A DNA stretch of 64,000 bases from assembly GCA_965219095.1 (NCBI GenBank), contig OZ244719.1, positions 32,001 to 96,000 on the forward strand. Direction: 5' to 3'. This DNA comes from Bdellovibrionales bacterium (GTDB lineage Bacteria; Bdellovibrionota; Bdellovibrionia; Bdellovibrionales; UBA1609). Each line of letters begins with the position of its first letter. Position 1 is the first letter of the stretch. The position numbers and the translations under genes were made by a program. Of this stretch, positions 10,437-20,369 are shown piece after piece. A model generated the notes under the pieces. The model was not told the origin of the DNA and did not search any database. It saw only the letters and a program-made list of their open reading frames with translations.

Positions 10437-11765
10437 TTAAAAAGGAAAAGCTCCTTTATTTTTGAAAACTTGAGAAAGCATTTTTTGAGCTCCTTCAAAC
10501 CTCCTGATCAGTTGGTTGACATCCCTCACCTCTGTACCGCTTCCTAAAGCAATACGCTTCCTACGAGAACCATTGAGAACTTTAGGAAACCTCCTTTCTT
10601 GAGGAGTCATAGAACGAATGATAGCTTCAATTTTCTTCACTTCTTTATCAGAAGGGTTTAGAGAATTTAATTTTTTCATCATCTGCCCTGCTCCAGGAAG
10701 CATTTTGAGTACAGAAGAAAAACCTCCCATTTTTTTCATCATCTGAATTTGTTTTAAAAAATCTTCTAAATCAAAACCTCCCTTTTTCTTTGCCTTCTTT
10801 GCCATAACTGAAGCCTCCTCTTCACTTATAACTTCCTGAGCTTTTTCTACTAAACTGACTACATCCCCTTGATCTAAAATACGGCTTGCTAAACGTTCAG
10901 GATGAAACACTTCTAAGGCTTTGACTTTTTCTCCTACTCCTAAGAACTCAATAGGAACACCTGTTACCTCTTTTAAACTTAAAGCAGCACCTCCTCTTGC
11001 ATCACCATCAACTTTTGTTAAAACAATGCCAGTAAGAGGAATGGATTTTTGAAAACCTTCGGCCACATTCACACTCTGCTGCCCTAACATAGCATCTGCT
11101 ACTAAGAAAGTTTTTTCAGGAGACGCAACCTTAGACAAAGTTTCAATCTCTTTCATAAGCTCTTTATCTACTTGAAGACGTCCTGCTGTATCCACAATCA
11201 AAACATCTACCTGTTCTTTTACAGCCCACTTTATAGCTTTTTTCAAAAGTTTTACAGGTTTATCCTTCTTATCAGAAGGATAAAAGGCAAAGTGGTGGGC
11301 CTTAGCTAAAGTGTTGAGTTGTTCAATAGCAGCGGGACGGTTAACATCCACAGACAAAAGAGCTGATTTTCGAGAAAGTTTTTCAGAAATGTAAAAGGCA
11401 AGCTTTACCGAAGAGGTTGTTTTTCCTACACCTTGTAATCCAACCATAAAAATAACACAGGGCTTTTTTTTAAAAGAGAGCTGAAAACCTTTGTCTTCTC
11501 TTTGCCCCAGAGTTTTAACTAATTCATCATGAACAATTTTTACAATCTGATCCCCAGGACTTATGTTCTTTAACACTTCTTGTCCTAAAGCCCCCTCTCT
11601 CACTCTTTGCATAAAGGTTTTTGCTACTTTAAAGTTTACATCAGCTTCTAAAAGACAAAGACGTATTTTTTTTAAAGCTTCATCAAGCTGTTTTTCCGTA
11701 ATTCTTGACTGACTTTTAAGTTTTCTTAAAGTACCTACGAGTCCTTCTGAAAGTTTCTGAAACAA
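10437..11765 (-). CDS. ffh: Signal recognition particle protein Ffh
   Basis: GLQGVGKTT, DTAGR, TKVDGDARGG; M-domain SMTPQER and GSRRKRIALGSG. Confidence 0.98.
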   Translation of the reverse strand: MFQKLSEGLVGTLRKLKSQSRITEKQLDEALKKIRLCLLEADVNFKVAKTFMQRVREGALGQEVLKNISPGDQIVKIVHDELVKTLGQREDKGFQLSFKKKPCVIFMVGLQGVGKTTSSVKLAFYISEKLSRKSALLSVDVNRPAAIEQLNTLAKAHHFAFYPSDKKDKPVKLLKKAIKWAVKEQVDVLIVDTAGRLQVDKELMKEIETLSKVASPEKTFLVADAMLGQQSVNVAEGFQKSIPLTGIVLTKVDGDARGGAALSLKEVTGVPIEFLGVGEKVKALEVFHPERLASRILDQGDVVSLVEKAQEVISEEEASVMAKKAKKKGGFDLEDFLKQIQMMKKMGGFSSVLKMLPGAGQMMKKLNSLNPSDKEVKKIEAIIRSMTPQERRFPKVLNGSRRKRIALGSGTEVRDVNQLIRRFEGAQKMLSQVFKNKGAFPF

Positions 11766-12099
11766 AACAACCTCCTATAAATACTCGTTATAATACAACT
11801 CATAAAACCCTTTTAAAACCTCATCCATAAAAAAGGTAGCTTAAAATTAAACTTATAACAACAACTAAATCACTTTCTTTCCCTAGCCCTCATGACCACA
11901 CACCTTCGTAACAAATGACAAAGGAGTTAAGAATAAATGATAAAAAAACCAGCTTCTTTATATTTATCCTCGTAAGTTCAAAAATTCTACACTCCAAATT
12001 TTTTTCAATCTTTAAGATCACTGTATTTTTTCTTTTTGATAGACAATACCCCCCCCCAAAAAAAAAAAATAGGGATACTGCGTCAAGTTATAGTATTCT

Positions 12100-12399
12100 T
12101 AGGAACTGTTAAAAAATAACTTAGACACTTTAGTGGGGTAGTATTTTATAATTCCACTCGCCATGAAATACTTCTCTCTTAATTTTTATAGATTCCATCT
12201 CTTTTTTAGACACTGTTTTTCCTTTCTTGTATTTCCTTCTATCTAAACAAGCTTTGACTTTTAGGCCTGATTTTGTTTTCGTCTTAGATATTAAATTGAC
12301 TACAGTCATATAATTAATCAAAGGACGTCCTCTCCAATTTTTTGAAATATACGAAAAAAGACGATGTTCAATTTTATTCCATTTGCTTGTTCCAGGAGG
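12100..12399 (-). mobile_element. ISAzo13-family transposase 3' fragment
   Basis: PPGTSKWNKIEHRLFSYISKNWRGRPL...FHGEWNY. Confidence 0.9.
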
Positions 12400-12618
12400 A
12401 GTGATTTTTTTATCAATAACCTAAGTCGATATACTTCTTTAATGGGACAACCTCCTTCTTATTGTTTATTTTCAGAAGACTCCTTTTTATTTATGAGTAA
12501 CTACTTAGCTGAGCTTAACTCTTTTATCAGGATTTTAATTCCCAGATTTTGAAGTCTCATCCTTCATTTTTTCTTAACATGATCACAGACCATAAGCTCT
12601 CTATTTTTGAATGTTCTT

Positions 12619-13812
12619 TTACAGAGAAGATTTTCTTACATTTAAAACAAACAAAATCACCCCACTGACAGCCGCTACTAATGAAGCAAGAAGAATAGAT
12701 ATCTTAGCTTCATTTTGCATTTCAAAAGCAAGTCCTAAGTGGGATATAAAAATAGACATAGTAAAACCTATTCCCGAAAGAATGCCGATACCTAAAACAT
12801 GAATCCAACTTAAACTTTCAGGCTTTTTACTTAAACCTAAAGCTTCTGCTAAAAAGGTCAAAAGAAAAACACCCAAAGGCTTTCCTAAAATAAGACCTAG
12901 GAATATACCCCAAAACAAATGACTATCAACCATAATTTTGAGAGAAAAATCTCCTAAAAATACGCTCGCATTAAAAAGTGCAAAAACAGGCATAATAAAA
13001 AAACTCACCCAAGGGTGAAGGTTTTTTATCCAAAACTCTAAGGGTTGTGATACTTCACCTTTTAAATTGATATAACGAACAGGGGTCATAAGACCAAAGA
13101 TCACTCCTGCTATAGTGCTATGAACCCCGCTTTTTGCAAAAAAAGCCCAAGATACTAAAGCTAAAAGAAAGTACACAAACTTGTTCGATACTCCTAGCTT
13201 TCGTAAAATAAACATAAAAAGAAAAATCACAATTGCTCCCCCTAAAGCCTGACTAGCGATGGCTTCCGTGTAAAACAAAGCTATAACCAAAATTGCTCCT
13301 AAATCATCCACAATAGCTAAAGCCAAAAGAAACACTTTTGCTGAAAAAGGTACTCTTTTGATCACAAGAGATAGAACCCCCACTGCAAAAGCAATGTCTG
13401 TAGCCATAGGAATACCCCAACCATTCTGAGAGTTTGTGCCAAAATTAAAAGCTGTATATATAAGAGCAGGAACGATCATTCCCCCAAGGGCTGCAAAAAT
13501 AGGAAAACTAGCATTTTTAACATTCGACAACTCTCCTTCTACAAGTTCTCTTTTGATTTCCAATCCCACAACAAAAAAGAAAATCACCATAAGAGCATCA
13601 TTAACAAACTGATGAAGGGTAAACTTTAAAACAAAAAAATCATATTCTAAAACTAAAGGCCAATGAAGAAAGTGTTCAAAAGTTTCACCAACACTTGAGT
13701 TTCTTAAAAAAATAGCCACTACAGACATAAACAATAAGACTATTCCACCTGAAATCTCTAGGTGAAAAAATTTTTCTAAAGGCTTTATTAATTTCTGAGT
13801 CATCCGCTTCAT
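12619..13812 (-). CDS. nhaA: Na+/H+ antiporter NhaA
   Basis: VNDALM, GLEIKRE, GWGIPMATDIAF, LAIVDD, GIGFTMSIFI. Confidence 0.97.
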   Translation of the reverse strand: MKRMTQKLIKPLEKFFHLEISGGIVLLFMSVVAIFLRNSSVGETFEHFLHWPLVLEYDFFVLKFTLHQFVNDALMVIFFFVVGLEIKRELVEGELSNVKNASFPIFAALGGMIVPALIYTAFNFGTNSQNGWGIPMATDIAFAVGVLSLVIKRVPFSAKVFLLALAIVDDLGAILVIALFYTEAIASQALGGAIVIFLFMFILRKLGVSNKFVYFLLALVSWAFFAKSGVHSTIAGVIFGLMTPVRYINLKGEVSQPLEFWIKNLHPWVSFFIMPVFALFNASVFLGDFSLKIMVDSHLFWGIFLGLILGKPLGVFLLTFLAEALGLSKKPESLSWIHVLGIGILSGIGFTMSIFISHLGLAFEMQNEAKISILLASLVAAVSGVILFVLNVRKSSL

Positions 13813-13867
13813 AACCTTAATGTATCACAAGAATAAATAAAGAGAACTCTTTAACTTCCACTATCTA

Positions 13868-14576
13868 GTCGAATGTGAAAAATGCATAAACAGCTAAAAA
13901 CACTTGTTTTTTTGTAATTTTTGCATGAAAATAATTGCAAGGAAATGGAAAAACAGATAAAAAACCTTGCAAAACAGAAAGGAAAAAAGATGAGGCCAAA
14001 AGACATGTTCATCACACAAAAGAGAAGCCCTCTTGATTTTAGAGTAAACGACATTGTTCATAAGAAGCATCCGCTTGTCATTTTAGCTAATAAAATAGAC
14101 TGGGATCGTTTTGATAAAGTTTTTGGTTCGAAGTATGATGAAAAAAAAGGTCGTCCAGGTCTTTCAACTCGTTTAATGGTGGGACTTCAGTGCTTGAAAT
14201 ACATTTATAATTTAAGTGACGAGAAGACAATAGAAATGTTCAAAGAGAGTCCTCAATGGCAGTATTTTTGTGGCCAGCCTATTCTTATGAAGATCCCTGT
14301 AATAGAAGTTCATTGACTAACTGGAGAAAGAGGATGGGGGCTTAGAAGATAGAAGTTCTCTTAGAGGAAACCATTGATTTAGCTTTGAGAGAGGATTTTG
14401 TAAAAAAAAAAGAGTTTGAGAATGTAGTTGTTGATACAACTGTTCAAGAGAAAGCAATAGCTTTTCCTACAGACAGCCGTCTTTATTACAAAGCTTTGAA
14501 GACTTTCGGTAAATAGAAAAAGCAAGTCATTTTAACTATTTTTCATTGTTTCACAGGCTACTTTTTCACATAGGAC
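13868..14576 (+). mobile_element. IS5-family element, internally deleted pseudogene
   Basis: HPLVILANKIDW, GRPGLSTRLM, WQYFCG, then VDTTVQEK in a broken frame; inverted ends GTCGAATGTGAAAAA / TTTTTCACATAGGAC. Confidence 0.88.
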
Positions 14577-14722
14577 TAAATTAAAGTTTGGGTACAGTCT
14601 TAAAAATAAGAAAATTTTTCCCAAACAATTTTTAAAAAAACCTCTAAAGAAAAGATTAATTTTCATGAAAAGACCAAATGTCTTTTCATTCATAAATAAT
14701 AATCTTTTTTTTTCTTAAGCTC

Positions 14723-15454
14723 TTAATCTTTAAAAGTCCCCTTCTTATAAGCATGAGGATTGATTTTAAGAGTCCACTTTCTGTAATTTTTATTGATCGT
14801 TTCAATATCAGCAGGCTCCTGAACAGGACCCACATGAATGGTCAACCTTCCTGGTCTAGGAAAGCTTCCTTTGGGCATGATTTTATTGTTACCCTCAATA
14901 TACAGAAAAAGAATAGGAGTCCCTGTTTTTAGTGAAAAAAGACTAACTCCTTTTTTAAACTCTTGAACATAACCATCGGAAGAACGTCCTCCCTCAGGAA
15001 ATAAAATCAGCCATATACGTTTTAACTTCGTTAAAAGTTCAATGCAAAGATAAATGGCTTCTTGCTTTTTATCCTTACGATCAATCGGCACAGCTCCTAA
15101 GCAATGAGAGGAAAAGAACACAAAAAGTGGATTTCTAAACCAATAGTCTTTTGCCGCCGCAATGTAAAGATTAAGCCAGTACCTCATAGGAACAGCGGCC
15201 GCAATAGAAATCGCATCAATATGACTAGCATGATTGGAAATTACAATCAGCTTCGGATGTTCTTTATAAACATCTTTAATACTCCCTTTAACTTTTAAAA
15301 AAATATATAATTTAAAAACAGTCTTTAGAAAAAAAGCCCATAAAACTCTAAAAATAAAGCTTGTGAAATCAAAAGCACGTGTAAACAAAGGTAAGTGCTT
15401 TAAATGTGAGGGAAGCTTCTTCCATTGTTCGTTTTCATAATTCCAATGATTCAT
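14723..15454 (-). CDS. Lysophospholipid acyltransferase (PlsC family)
   Basis: NHASHID and FPEGGRS motifs. Confidence 0.9.
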   Translation of the reverse strand: MNHWNYENEQWKKLPSHLKHLPLFTRAFDFTSFIFRVLWAFFLKTVFKLYIFLKVKGSIKDVYKEHPKLIVISNHASHIDAISIAAAVPMRYWLNLYIAAAKDYWFRNPLFVFFSSHCLGAVPIDRKDKKQEAIYLCIELLTKLKRIWLILFPEGGRSSDGYVQEFKKGVSLFSLKTGTPILFLYIEGNNKIMPKGSFPRPGRLTIHVGPVQEPADIETINKNYRKWTLKINPHAYKKGTFKD

Positions 15455-15473
15455 AACCTAAAATCACAAGCTT

Positions 15474-16394
15474 TTAAAAGATGGTAAGTTCATAGATATA
15501 AAAAACAAAAGGTCCTACAAAAATAAGTTTGTCCATGCGATCAATAATATCATCTCTTCCTAAAATAAAAATCCCTGTATCTTTCATATTCAAATCTCTA
15601 CGAATGACCGTTAGCAAAAGATCTCCTAGAAGACTTAAAAGTGCAATGATAAAACCAATAAAAATAACATAGTCTTGGAGGCGAAAGGGCAGTATATTCG
15701 TTAAAAAATAAGACATAATGCCTGATGAAAGTAAAGCCATTAAAATTCCTGGGAAAGTAATTTTTCTACTAATTTTTGAAAATAAAAAGCCTTTTTTTAC
15801 AAAATGACTTGTTACTAGACAGGAAACCTCTGCTATCTCTGCAATAATGAGCGTAAAGATACAAAAAAAGAAACCATCTTCAAAATACACAATACGAGCT
15901 AGATGAAGAGGTGCCCAGGCGAAAAAGAGGAAGCCAAAAAGACACAAACCCATATACTGGATCATATTTTGATAATCATTTTTTAAAAGAGGTATCAATG
16001 AAGTACTAGCTAGAAAGATCATTGGAGATAAATTATAATAATCGTAATGTTCTTTATAAATGATCCAAAATAAAAATCCTATGAAAAAATAGGTCATAAG
16101 AACAAAAATATGACGGTGATACATCCCCACCATCTGAAAAAATTTCTTACATGTATATACACTAAACAAGCACAGTAAAAATAAAATGAAAATTTCATTT
16201 TTAATACTAAAAAGTAAAAACAAAATAGGAACTAGAAATATCCACGTTCGTACACTAGCCCATAACAGTTTCGTATAAGAGTACTCCTCATGAAAACGAT
16301 ACACAGCCAAAGCAGTTGCAATGATCAAAACCATAACTTGAAAAAAGGTCTTTGTATAAAGGGGATCACCCCACATGGAATCTTGAAATAACAC
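15474..16394 (-). CDS. Phosphatidate cytidylyltransferase-like membrane protein
   Basis: Multi-TM; GDL..TVIRRDLNMKDTG..GRDDIIDRMD C-terminal motif. Confidence 0.85.
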   Translation of the reverse strand: MLFQDSMWGDPLYTKTFFQVMVLIIATALAVYRFHEEYSYTKLLWASVRTWIFLVPILFLLFSIKNEIFILFLLCLFSVYTCKKFFQMVGMYHRHIFVLMTYFFIGFLFWIIYKEHYDYYNLSPMIFLASTSLIPLLKNDYQNMIQYMGLCLFGFLFFAWAPLHLARIVYFEDGFFFCIFTLIIAEIAEVSCLVTSHFVKKGFLFSKISRKITFPGILMALLSSGIMSYFLTNILPFRLQDYVIFIGFIIALLSLLGDLLLTVIRRDLNMKDTGIFILGRDDIIDRMDKLIFVGPFVFYIYELTIF

Positions 16395-17677
16395 TAATAT
16401 ATTATTTTATAGTACTTTAGCTTTTTGTAAAGGGTGGCTCTTGATAAACCTAAGACTCTTTGAACCTCATCTAAGGCTTTATACTTATACACACAAGATC
16501 GAATGACCTCTTTTTCATACTCTTTGACCATAGAATTCAAATTTTGATAAGAAGAAGGGCCTGAAAAGCTATTATAGGGATATAAGAAAGGCTCTACATC
16601 CTCTCTTTCAATGACAGGAAGCAAAGTATAACAAAGAAGATTTTCACTCACTTTCTTAAGCTCCCTTACATTTCCAGGCCAATTGTACTCCTTAAGACAC
16701 AAAAGAGCTTCTTTGCTCAAAGTTTTTTTACGTTTTTTAGTATCTTGAGAAAAAAAGAGTTCTACAAGAGACTCAATATCCTCTTTTCTATCTCTTAGAG
16801 GAGGAAGCTCTATGGTCTTGCACCTTAGACGCCACAAAAGATCAGCCCTAAACTCCCCTTTTTTGACTTTTTGAGTTAAACATTCATTTGTAGCTGCTAA
16901 AATACGACATTCCACTTTTTGAACCTTTGAACTCCCTATAGCCCTCACTTCTTGATTTTCTAAAAATCTAAGAAGTTTTGCTTGAGAGCTAAGAGAAAGG
17001 GCTTCAATCTCATCTAAAAACAAATCCCCTCTATGAGCTTTTAAAACTAAACCTTCATGATCTCGATCCGCTCCTGTAAAAGCTCCTTTTTTATAACCAA
17101 ACATCTGACTTTCAAACAAACTTTCGCTTAAACCTGCCACATTAACGCAAACAAAGGGCTTATGAGGAGAAGATAGAAGCTGAGCTACAATCTCTTTTCC
17201 CGCACCACTTTCCCCTTCAATAAGAAGAGGACCTTTTTCATCCTTTAAACAAGAGATTTGTTTTTTGATCTTTTGGGATAAAACACCCCTTCCTCTCCAC
17301 AAACAACTTTCTTTCTGAAACTCCCACCAAGACTCTATTCTATTAAGAACCAACAAAAACTCCTCTCTTTGAAGAGGTACTTGGAAAACATGGAAAGCCC
17401 CCCTATCAAGTGCTCTTCTCATAAGTTTTACTTGAGGTAATTTAAAAACCACAATTACCTCAGAAAGAGGATGAATTTTTTTCAAAAATGATATCTGTTT
17501 CAAATCTTTCTCACAGCTTATTTCTAAGAGAAAAATAGGTGCTTTTTGAGGAAAGTATCTTAAAACAGCACCTCTTAAAAACCCTTCCATAAAAGCCTCA
17601 ATCTTTAGGTTTTTAATTTTTAATGTCACTTTATAAGATTCTAGCCTCTGCTTCATAGATGTAGTAGTTATAGACAA
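16394..17677 (-). CDS. Sigma-54-dependent transcriptional activator with degenerate receiver domain (start may be near 17590)
   Basis: GESGAGKE, GAFTGA, LFLDEI, WPGNVREL, Fis-type HTH. Confidence 0.93.
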   Translation of the reverse strand: MSITTTSMKQRLESYKVTLKIKNLKIEAFMEGFLRGAVLRYFPQKAPIFLLEISCEKDLKQISFLKKIHPLSEVIVVFKLPQVKLMRRALDRGAFHVFQVPLQREEFLLVLNRIESWWEFQKESCLWRGRGVLSQKIKKQISCLKDEKGPLLIEGESGAGKEIVAQLLSSPHKPFVCVNVAGLSESLFESQMFGYKKGAFTGADRDHEGLVLKAHRGDLFLDEIEALSLSSQAKLLRFLENQEVRAIGSSKVQKVECRILAATNECLTQKVKKGEFRADLLWRLRCKTIELPPLRDRKEDIESLVELFFSQDTKKRKKTLSKEALLCLKEYNWPGNVRELKKVSENLLCYTLLPVIEREDVEPFLYPYNSFSGPSSYQNLNSMVKEYEKEVIRSCVYKYKALDEVQRVLGLSRATLYKKLKYYKIIY

Positions 17678-17718
17678 AAAGAGTTACAGTAAAATAAATT
17701 GGACATTTTTAATAAAAT

Positions 17719-18939
17719 ATGGTACTAGGAGTCATGAAAATTTTGCTGACAGAAAACATTCACTCTATAGCACAACAGAGATTAGAAAAAGAAGGCTATG
17801 TGGTTGAAACAAAAAACCAGGCCCTATCTGAAAATGAACTTATAGAGAAACTTCCTCATTATGATGCTCTAGGCATTCGTTCTAAGACCTCCATCACACC
17901 TCAAGTTTTAGAAGCCTCTCAAGAAAAACTCAAAGTCATCGGAGCTTTTTGTATTGGAGTGAATCAAATTGATTTACAGAAAACTCAATCCATGGGAGTT
18001 CCCGTTTTCAATGCTCCTTACAACAATACAAGAAGTGTTTCTGAAATTGTCATAGCACAAATCATATCCTTAAGCCGACGTCTAGGAGATTACAACATGA
18101 AAACCCATAACAAAAAGTGGGAAAAGAGTTCAAAACACTCTCATGAAGTTAGAAATAAAATTTTAGGCATTATAGGTTATGGTCATATCGGCTCCCAAGT
18201 AAGCATTTTAGCAGAAAGTTTAGGCCTTAAGGTAATTTTCTATGATATCAATAAGAAATTACCATTAGGAAGAGCACAGCCCACAAATTCTTTAAAACAA
18301 CTTTTAGAAAAATCTGATTTTGTAACACTCCATGTCCCCGAAGATAAAAGCACCAAACATATGATCAACAAAGACACTCTTTCTTATATGAAAAAAGGTT
18401 CTTATTTATTAAATAATAGCCGTGGATCTGTTGTCAATTTAAAAGACCTCTTAGACTTTCTTGAAAAAGAATGCCTATTAGGTGTAGCTTTAGACGTCTA
18501 TGAAACAGAACCTGCTTCTAACAAAGAAGATTTTCACTGCATCCTACAAGGTCTTGAAAATGTCATCCTCACACCCCATATAGCAGGAAACACAGAAGAG
18601 GCTCAAGAGTCTATTGCAAAAGAGATGTCAGAAAATTTTATCAACTTTCTTAAAAACGGTACCACTTTAGGAGCTGTAAATTTTCCCCAAGTCAAAGCTC
18701 CTGAAAAAAAAGGTATGAGAATTTTAAACCTACACAAAAACATCTCTGGGGTCTTAGGTGAAATCAACAACATCATTTCAGAGGCCAAGCTCAACATCTT
18801 AACCCAAACCTTAGAAACTGACCATCAAGTAGGTTACTTAGTCCTAGATTTAGAGTGTAAGAGAATTGATCCCCAAGTCATTGAAAAGATTAAAAATCTC
18901 CCTGCTTCTCTAAAAACCTGCCTTGTGAAAAATTCTTAG
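17719..18939 (+). CDS. serA: D-3-phosphoglycerate dehydrogenase (likely start 17734)
   Basis: GIRSKT, FCIG, GYGHIG, TPHIAG, C-terminal ACT domain. Confidence 0.96.
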   Translation: MVLGVMKILLTENIHSIAQQRLEKEGYVVETKNQALSENELIEKLPHYDALGIRSKTSITPQVLEASQEKLKVIGAFCIGVNQIDLQKTQSMGVPVFNAPYNNTRSVSEIVIAQIISLSRRLGDYNMKTHNKKWEKSSKHSHEVRNKILGIIGYGHIGSQVSILAESLGLKVIFYDINKKLPLGRAQPTNSLKQLLEKSDFVTLHVPEDKSTKHMINKDTLSYMKKGSYLLNNSRGSVVNLKDLLDFLEKECLLGVALDVYETEPASNKEDFHCILQGLENVILTPHIAGNTEEAQESIAKEMSENFINFLKNGTTLGAVNFPQVKAPEKKGMRILNLHKNISGVLGEINNIISEAKLNILTQTLETDHQVGYLVLDLECKRIDPQVIEKIKNLPASLKTCLVKNS

Positions 18940-19009
18940 CTCATCATTTTTTGAACAAATTTTTCAATTTTCTCTAGAAAAAAAACTTTTTCTGTATTAT
19001 AATAAAAAT

Positions 19010-19361
19010 GGGGGTGAATAGCTCTCGACGTGATTGAAGACTCTTTTAGGAGCAGGCCGAGGTTGCATCAGGTCCTCGTAAAAAAGGTGCAAAAAATTAT
19101 TCGGCAACGAATACACTTTTGCTGCTTAACAAAGTAGCCATCGAGCAAGTTTTTTGACTACGAAACTTGTGAGATGTCGAACCAGTAGTCTCGGTAACAA
19201 AGTTGTTTTTCAGGACTTGTTACTTAAATTGACTGAAAAACTAAAAAGAAAACTTTGTCTTTAAAGGTTTCTTTTTAGAATGAAAGTAAAGACTAAGCCT
19301 GTAGTATTGCCTATTTGATGAACATTTGCGGACCCGGGCTGAATACCCGGCACCTCCACCA
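19010..19361 (+). ncRNA. ssrA: tmRNA
   Basis: 5' GGGGGTG pairs with CACCTCC-ACCA including the G3:U pair; TCGAC motif; tag ORF GGC AAC GAA TAC ACT TTT GCT GCT TAA (GNEYTFAA); TATAAT at 18998-19003. Confidence 0.95.
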
Positions 19362-19410
19362 GACTTTTCATAAGTTATTGAAATTATTGTATTATTTTCA
19401 TTTTTTCCTG

Positions 19411-19677
19411 TTTTTGGCGTGATTTTTGGCGTGATTTTTAGCGTATAAATGTTTTTAGTTTAATTTGAGGTTTATAAATTGAGCAGTTTTTTGAGTTGTA
19501 TTTGAGTTTAAAAGCGCAATAGCTTTTGGAGGTGCCGGGGCAGACGAGCCCATTTTCTAAGTTTTTGGAATCAGTGAAAAATTTAATAATAACAACATAC
19601 CCTGACTGCCTGAGACCTCGACAGACCGCAACGTACCGCTCTAAACTGCTCTATCACGCCAAAAATCACGCCACAAA
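19411..19677. repeat. Putative integrase att arm/core repeats downstream of tmRNA
   Basis: TTTTTGGCGTGA x2 plus a degenerate third copy at 19411-19446; inverted x2 at 19654-19677; inverted 13-bp copy of the tmRNA 3' end at 19527-19539. Confidence 0.65.
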
Positions 19678-20327
19678 CAAAAAAGTATAAGGCAGAAAGA
19701 TGATTGAACAGAACGCAAACAGTTTTTTGGGGGAAGATCACACCGTCTGATTTTCAAAATAGCCCAGTGACACTAGAGGTCGAATTGAGGTGTGAGTTGA
19801 TCCAAAAATTCTTTATCCTGATGAGTTAGGAGTTTTGCTAAAGCGATTTGGTGACTGCTCACAAACTGTTGCAAATAAAATGACATTAGTGAGGTTTTTG
19901 TGAGGTAGAAAATCCAAAAAAACTATAGAACTTGAGAAAACTCAAAAAAAGCAGTAGGTTATATTCCTTATGCAAATCACCGACTACCACGCAAAATATT
20001 TTGCTCATACCATTTCCAAAAATTAATTCGACATTCTTTTAACGTATAGTATAGTACTCTGGCTTTTTGATCAAACTCTGTTAAATTTTTAGAGTGTCGA
20101 AAAAAGATTTAGTTACAAAGCTTCAAGGGTATGATTTTATAGCTACTTACAAAGTGGAAAGAAGTGCCAACATCAAGATAAAACTCCAAGCTTTGCAGCA
20201 TATGCAAGACGGAAAATCGATTCAAGAAACAGCTAAATATGGTTTTGTATCATCGTCACAGTATCAAATTAAAACTCAAGAACAGAGGCTTCTGAAAAAT
20301 ATATAAAAGTCAAAACTAGGGTAATAG

Positions 20328-20350
20328 GAGCCTGTAATAATTACAGGCTC
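20328..20350 (-). terminator. Hairpin, probable terminator of the propeller gene
   Basis: GAGCCTGTAAT-A-ATTACAGGCTC, 20 bp after the stop codon. Confidence 0.6.
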
Positions 20351-20369
20351 TTCTACAAGCTCTCTATTC

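Noticed and set aside
19411..19446. Possible CRISPR array
   Set aside because: 12-bp tandem units without spacers, and no cas genes in the window
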